Positions 56,261 through 64,000 of a DNA stretch of 64,000 nt are shown one piece after another (positions within the stretch are counted from its first letter, which is position 1; each line of letters begins with the position of its first letter). The notes under the pieces are model-generated. The model had not been told where the DNA came from, did not search any database, and worked only from the letters and a program-made list of their open reading frames with translations. The stretch comes from Octopus vulgaris. Its lineage: Eukaryota. The stretch is from the NCBI GenBank assembly GCA_951406725.2, contig OX597832.1, forward strand, positions 43,028,001-43,092,000. The letters run 5' to 3'. Both the position numbers and the translations under genes were made by a program.

Positions 56261-56591
56261 AATAGGGTGCGTTATCAACTGACGATAACGTTTTTACACC
56301 TTTGTTTCTCTTGCAAGAATACTTTTCCTTAATAAACTGCAGTGAAAAACCTTTGAACTGCTGTCAAATTTATTTTCTACCTTCCAACCTAATCTATTTA
56401 TCTGATTGCTTGTTAGTCTATCAATACGAGCGTTCGTTCGTTTGTCTCTCTGAGAACTAAAAGCCCCACAACATTTAATCCTCCGGAGACGAGAACGGGC
56501 AGATTTGTTACTGCGCTGGGTAAAATACTGGGGTCGATGTAATCGACTAATCTCCCCCACACAAATTTTCAGGCCTTGTTTCTTCAGTAGA

Positions 56592-56687
<96 letters not shown>

Positions 56688-56713
56688 CATTATCATCATC
56701 ATCATCATCATCA

Positions 56714-56745
<32 letters not shown>

Positions 56746-56799
56746 GTTATTATTGTTATTATTGTTATTATTATTATTATTATTATTGTTATTCTTCTT

Positions 56800-56877
<78 letters not shown>

Positions 56878-56884
56878 GTTATTA

Positions 56885-56921
<37 letters not shown>

Positions 56922-56963
56922 CATTATCATCATCATCATCATCATTATTATTATTATTATTAA

Positions 56964-57515
56964 GTGAGAGAGCAGTGCATGCCATCAAAGTGACACTGGG
57001 GTAAAATATACGAAGCCCAATATACCCATCATGACTACCCGTCTGATAAGGGCACACCAGGCACATGCATCACAACCATATGTGCGCGACATGGTGATCT
57101 CATATCAAGATAAACAGCACATGACCTTGCAGGTGGGGCCCAGTTAGAATTTTCTTCAGGTTGAGTAGCCCATCCCACTCAAAAGGTCCCTGAATAAGGT
57201 TTGTTTAAGGATGTTGAAAGAACCACCCATGTTTCCAGAGGTGAACTATTCAAACCCCAAAGAATCCCTCTCAACACATGGCTATGATGCTCCCCCACTA
57301 CTTCTGCTCGTGATCAGAGATGCACATATCGTCAGCCACTAAGGGACATGCTCAACTGGTTAAGGTCAAACAACTGACAAGCAAATCTATGGTATTGAGC
57401 AGAATATTTGCTGTAGCCCATCTTTTATACCAAGACAAAACAATGTACATGATGACGCTTCCAATCAGTTAAGATCAGAAGCCATGAGAACCACTGCCTG
57501 GTACTGCATCGGGGC
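56964..57515 (-). mobile_element. ~550-bp non-coding element flanked on both sides by (TAA)n; candidate non-autonomous R4/Dong partner
   Basis: Sharp borders against (TTA)n on both sides, no long ORF, adjacent to a Dong-like 3' end. Strand is inferred. Confidence 0.5.
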
Positions 57516-57529
57516 ATTATTATTATTAC

Positions 57530-57650
<121 letters not shown>

Positions 57651-57797
57651 TATTGCCTTTGCACAGCTTCTAACGCTGGAGATGTATTTACAGTGTCAGC
57701 TGTTCACTACCAGTGAACTAAGGTAACACCTCTTATTTTTTGAGCACCCTCCGGAATATTCGAACGGTTCCAAGTAGTGATGTTTTCTGCAAGTGCT
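57651..57797 (-). mobile_element. R4/Dong-like LINE extreme 3' end with (TAA)n tail
   Basis: Minus strand HLQKTSLLGTVRIFRRVLKK* (stop 57733-57735; family motif LQK.ALLGTARILRKVL), an ~80-nt 3' UTR, then (AAT)n. Confidence 0.82.
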
Positions 57798-58202
57798 TAG
57801 CGATATTTCTTCCGATTTTACGTCCTGAGTTCAAATGTATCCAGGGCGTATTTTACTTTTCATTTTCTTGGGGTCGAGTACCAGTTGAGTACTGAAGTCG
57901 GTATGATCAACTAGCCATCCCTTTCCCGAAATTGCTGGCCTTGTACCAAAAATTGAAACCAACATTTAGCTCTTCCTCTAACGATGTATATTCGACCTTA
58001 CCACCTGTTTAATTGTAATAATTAACAATAACATAAGGCGGCAAGGTGGCGGAGTCGTTAGTATGCCGGTCAAAATGCTTAGCGGCATTTCGTCCGTCTT
58101 TACGTTCTGAGTTCAAATTTTCTCCGAGGTTGACTGCCTTTCATCCTCTTGGCTCACATGATGTTAGCCGAGACCATAACAACCCAGGAATATTTCGTCT
58201 AC

Positions 58203-58577
58203 GTGGAGGCGCAATGGCCCAGTGGTTAGGGCAGCGGACTCGCGGTCGTAGGATCGCGGTTTCGATTTCCAGACCGAGTGTTTTTTGAGCAAAAACACCT
58301 AAAGCTCCACGATGCTCCGGCAGAGGGTGGTGGTGATCCCTGCTGTACTCTTTCACCACAACTTTCTCTCACTCTTACTTCCTGTTTCTGTTGTACCTGT
58401 ATTTCAAAGGGCCGGCCTTGTCACTCTCTTTGTCACGCTGAATATCCCCGAGAACTACGTTAAGGGTACACGTGTCTGTGGAGTGCTCAGCCACTTACAC
58501 GTTAATTTCACGGGCAGGCTGTTCCGTTAATCGGATCAACCGGAACCCTCGTCGTCGTAACCGACGGAGTGCTTCCT
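58203..58577 (+). mobile_element. SINE family C, full length, with TSD
   Basis: tRNA-like head GGCGCAATGGCCCAGTGG...GGTTTCGATT. TSD ATTTC(G/A)TCTAC at 58192-58202 and 58580-58590. Confidence 0.9.
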
Positions 58578-58977
58578 TAATTTCATCTACATGCAAAATT
58601 TCTTTGATAAATTACTCTGCACGTTCATAATATATAGAACTGACGTTATCATGCTTACGCACTTGAAATATAATCATCTCATAATGCACAATATACAAAG
58701 CTTGCTTGGCCAGACTTATGTACTTCACTGAATCAGCTTAACTATAAACTAATATATTATAAATACACTGAGTTAACTCGGCCATATTCGCATACACAAT
58801 CATTCTATCATACATTCTCTTTGATATTTTTTGGTTAATATATATATATATTCATTTTAGTTTCTTCTTAGAGTAAGTATCTGTCGCTATAGTTTAGTTC
58901 ATTGTTAGTGTTTTGGTACAGATATATTTTTTAGACGAACAGCTTACCTCATATGTGTACGTGTGTGTATGTGTGTA

Positions 58978-59010
<33 letters not shown>

Positions 59011-59500
59011 ATGTATGTATATATGTTATTAGATTATGTTTAATTTCTTTACGGATTCTCTAATCATTTCGTTTTCAATCGGAAGATTTAGAATCGATAA
59101 ATTAAACGCTGAGATTACTGAATTTCTCAGGTCAATAAGTAAAGTGACGGTTTGGTTTTTGAGTGAGGCAGACGTTAGGATTATACGAACAAGCATACAC
59201 ACATACATACATACAAACAAACATACACACATACATACATACAAACAAACATACATACATACATACACAAACACACACACATATATATATAAATGTGTGT
59301 GTACGTGCATGAGTGTGTGTATATGCTTTTGTGTGTGTGTTTCTGTGTGTCCTAGTAGAAATGCGGGTAACTAAGTAAATTACATGCAGACTCGTAGATT
59401 ACGAAGTATTCTGTCAGCGATATTGAGTTGATACGACACAGATATAGTTCTAGTAACTGAAATATACCTCCTTAATTCTCCACTCCATTTCCTTCTCCCC

Positions 59501-59700
<200 letters not shown>

Positions 59701-61289
59701 AACGCACATACAGATTGCTTGTATGCATTGGTTCAGCTTAAAGTAATTTATGTAAATACTTTTCAGTTCATCTGATAAGATTTTAAGTAAATCAGCCATC
59801 TTTCAAATACTTACCTCTACCTCTCCTTCTATCGTTATATTAAGCACATATTCACACACGCGCGTGCACACACACACACATGCACATGTTTCTGTCTGTG
59901 TGTAAAAAAAAAAAACAGACGGAGAGAATTGAGTTAGAAAACCGATCGATACACAGACATATGTATACATGGATACTAAGTGGCTTGATAGCTAAACATA
60001 CGTGCATATTACAAAAGCATCTACATGGTTATATAGATGATATCTATTTGGGAGCAGCTGATGATTGATTCAACGCGCTGGTACTCAGAGTTTACCACTA
60101 CGTATCGTCATCCAGGCGACGCCGTGCTGACAATGGAATGATGATAAAACACTGATTGGATCGTCTTTCATAGATCAAAATATGTCAGGTGAAGGATTGT
60201 GCCGTCTTCTAATGTGTAAGAGACCACAGCTTTGGATTGCTCCTCGACTAAATGAACCATTTTGCTTGTATTTGAAAGGAGTCCAGCTTACCCGAAGAGA
60301 ATAATCTATGGGTTCAAGGAGATGAAATCACGAACTTTATGTTCGATGATCTCGGTGAGTGTTAAAGGAACTTGAATTTCTCAGATAAACACAAACTGCA
60401 TCAACTGGTTCCGCGGGTATAGGTGGGTAGTCTGTACACGATATTAAGACGGAGAGAAATCTTTTAAATTCCTATGCCGTTATTGTCTGCAAAGGCAGAA
60501 TTATTTTTATATTTCGACCTAATTGAGTGTTATAATTACTTTTTGGATATCTAAAGCAAGAAAACAAATGTGATGTTACAACTATAATTGATCGTTAGTA
60601 AAGGTGAAAATACGTAAGATATACAAGATTCACTACTTGAGGTTCGTTCCTAGATTAAACTTATGCGCACAATCGCCTGACATACACATATAGACTAATC
60701 AAACAATTGCGTGATATGCACGTATAGAAGAGTCGTAAAACAAACACACAGACACAACCTCAAGCGCACACAATCGTGCGATAAAGACCTATTATAAGGA
60801 ATACACGTATATATAGCCACCTAGATATGCGCACACATTAACTCATATATTCACCATATCGTGAAACAGACTTGATTCAGACAAAAACGGCTATTCACCA
60901 TGTCAATGACCGGCTTGAACTCGGTGCAATGCTGAAATAAATCGGTAAATCATGGTACATGGGAACATACAGGAATACACTCACAGACACACAGACACAC
61001 ACATATGTATGTGTATGTATGTATGTATGTATGTATGTATGTATGTATGTATGTATGTATGTATGTATGTATTCATGTATGTATGTATGTATGTATGTAT
61101 GTATGTATGTATGTATGTATTTATGTATGTATGTATGTTTGTATGTATGTATGTATGTTTGTATGTATGTATGTATTTATGTATGTATGTATGTATTTAT
61201 GTATGTATGTATGTTTGTATGTATGTATGTACTAATAGTTTTATAAACATACATACATACATACCTACATACATACATACTACATACAT

Positions 61290-61790
61290 ACACATAGTTG
61301 TGTGTGTACATATATATTTATATACACACATACACATATATATATACACACACATACATACATATACATAGTTGTGTGTGTGTACATATATATTTATATA
61401 CACACATACACATATATATATATAGACTCACACATACATATACATAGTTGTGTGTGTGTACATATATATTTATATACACATACACATATATATATATACA
61501 CACACATACATACATATACATAGTTGTGTGTGTGTACATATACATTTATATACACACATACATATATATATATATATACACACACACATACATATACATA
61601 GTTGTGTGTGTGTGTGTACATATATATATATATATACAGACACATACATACACATATATGCATACACACATACATACATACATATACATAGTTGTGTGTG
61701 TGTACATATATATTTATATACAGACACATACATACATGTATATATACATACACACAGATACATACATATACATAGTTGTGTGTATGTACG
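61290..61790. repeat. Higher-order tandem repeat (~75-85-bp unit, about 7 copies) built from TA/CA microsatellites
   Basis: Recurring marker CATAGTTGTGTGTGTGTACATATA. Confidence 0.85.
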
Positions 61791-62476
61791 TATAATGTAT
61801 ACGTATGTGAAGGAGCGTTCTTATGTTTAGAGATATCCGTGTGTATATTTATGATATAATAATTTCTTATTTGCCGAAATAATAACGGAGCTCTTGTTAT
61901 TGACTTCATTCTTGCCATATCTTCGCCATTATCATCAAACGTTGCAAGCGCTGAACATCTGCTGCAACACTCACAACTTTCCAGAACGGTTCTATACCAG
62001 TTCTTTAGTAAACAGAAGACATTTTATGTATTCTATATTTTATCTCTAAAAATACAAAGTGCAATGTCTCCTCCATCTCGATTTACATTTCTTAAATATC
62101 TCAATGCAGAGATAATTTTTTGCTACCCCGATCCGTCTATCTGTCTGCTGGTCTGCCTGTCAGCCTGTTGGTCTATCTGTCTGTATGACTTGCTTTCTCA
62201 CTCCTTCTCTCTTTCTGTCTCCCTCTCTTTTTCTCCCTTTCTCCCCCTCTATCCATCCCTTCTCTCTCCCTCTGTACTCATACGCATAAATAGATACACA
62301 GCCAAGTACATAAATATATAAAGCGTATGTGTAATTATAAATGTATATATACACAGACATAATACATATTTATATGCATACACATTATATATATATATAC
62401 TATATATATATATATATTTTTTCTCTAGTTTCAGCTCAGAGCTGCGGCCATGCTGATGCACCGCCGCATATATATA

Positions 62477-62575
<99 letters not shown>

Positions 62576-63198
62576 ATGTGATCACATACACACACACATA
62601 CACAAACATATACAAACGTAGTGTTCGGTAGGCTTCGTCACACAGGCTATATATACAATTTAATCCCTAGTGTGTACGTTACTTTTCATATATATACACA
62701 CATACATACATATATATACATATATATACATATATATATATATATAAAATATATATACACACGCACACACAAACACACACACTGCCACGCATTTACACCC
62801 TCTCATACATATCACAAAGCACAGACACACTATGCACACATACGAACACGCAGACACACACATACACAACCATATACACACACATACACACTACACGTGC
62901 GCACAGAGACACGTACGCATGTCGTCCGAGCTGTGTAATTTCTTAGAAAGTCAGCCATCTTTGAGTTAGGTTGAAGAGGACGGAGAAGTTTCTAGACACG
63001 TTGCAAGCAAGGGAGGAGACTTCGACATGGAGTGGAATTGACGATGTGCCTAAAGCAACAGGAGAGAGGATATACACGCTAAGTCTCCAGAGTCTGATAA
63101 GGAGTGTAGAATTATCATAATGTTTGGGAATATGCAGATACACACCCATTCGTTTACAAGTATGGACGTCTATCTGAGTGTGTGTCTGCGTTGATATA

Positions 63199-63256
<58 letters not shown>

Positions 63257-63463
63257 CATATGCATGTATATATATATATATGTGTGTGTGTATGTGTATA
63301 TGTATATATACATACATATATGTATATATATATGTATGTATATATACATATACACATACACACACACATATATATATATATATACTTATATATATATGTA
63401 TATATATACATATATATATGGGTGCATGTATATATATATATATATGTGTGTGTATGTGTGTGC

Positions 63464-63518
<55 letters not shown>

Positions 63519-63771
63519 ATTGCGTATGTAAATGTATATGTATGGCAATGTACGAACATATATATATGTCTATGTGCTCCTTTGTGTCTATATGTACGTA
63601 TGTGTGCGTCTGTGTGTCTGTATATATGTTTGTGCGTGTGTGTCTATGTATATGTTATAATATACCAAGTAGGCAAATATGGTTAATTTTCAATAAGTTT
63701 ATTTTTATCTAAATAGCGAATTCTTTGGAATATGATTGAAATAAGCTCACACAGACTAACACACTCATACA

Positions 63772-63832
<61 letters not shown>

Positions 63833-64000
63833 TATTCACATACACACTCACACAAACATGAACATGTGTGAACACACATATGTACCCATATAAGCATGCA
63901 TTTTATTAATGCCTATACATCTGGGGAGAAAAAAAGGGGTGGTAGGTTTTCAATCAATAGGGATCGTAAAAAAAAAACGAACAATAGGGATCGTGTATCG

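Noticed and set aside
60090-60300. Possible LINE APE-endonuclease remnant (YRHPG..., VKDC.V...DHS)
   Set aside because: Too degenerate to support by eye; it needs a translated HMM search.

Overview
This is an AT-rich, microsatellite-saturated animal genomic window, intronic or intergenic. The mix of SINEs, LINEs and microsatellites suggests a coleoid cephalopod such as Octopus, but that is inferred from repeat content only. Almost all ORFs in the supplied track are microsatellite artefacts. The real coding remnants belong to transposons: CR1-clade LINEs (one 5'-truncated copy has a still-open ~356-codon RT/C-terminal frame at 25762-26832), RTE-clade LINEs, R4/Dong-like REL-LINE pieces next to (TAA)n, and Tc1, mariner and Tigger/pogo remnants. 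There is also a non-autonomous Helitron and many copies of three tRNA-derived SINE families, several with clear target-site duplications (TSDs). The most notable unannotated signal is a set of short non-coding elements inserted in (TA)n/(CA)n tracts that carry type I hammerhead ribozyme motifs. There are at least 10 motif instances from about 6 sequence families, including one fully canonical ribozyme at 51260-51354 (-). Several of these elements are arranged as long inverted repeats, as expected for Penelope-like pLTRs or retrozymes. Two small, phase-compatible candidate host exons lie on the + strand (28293-28334 and 48207-48283).
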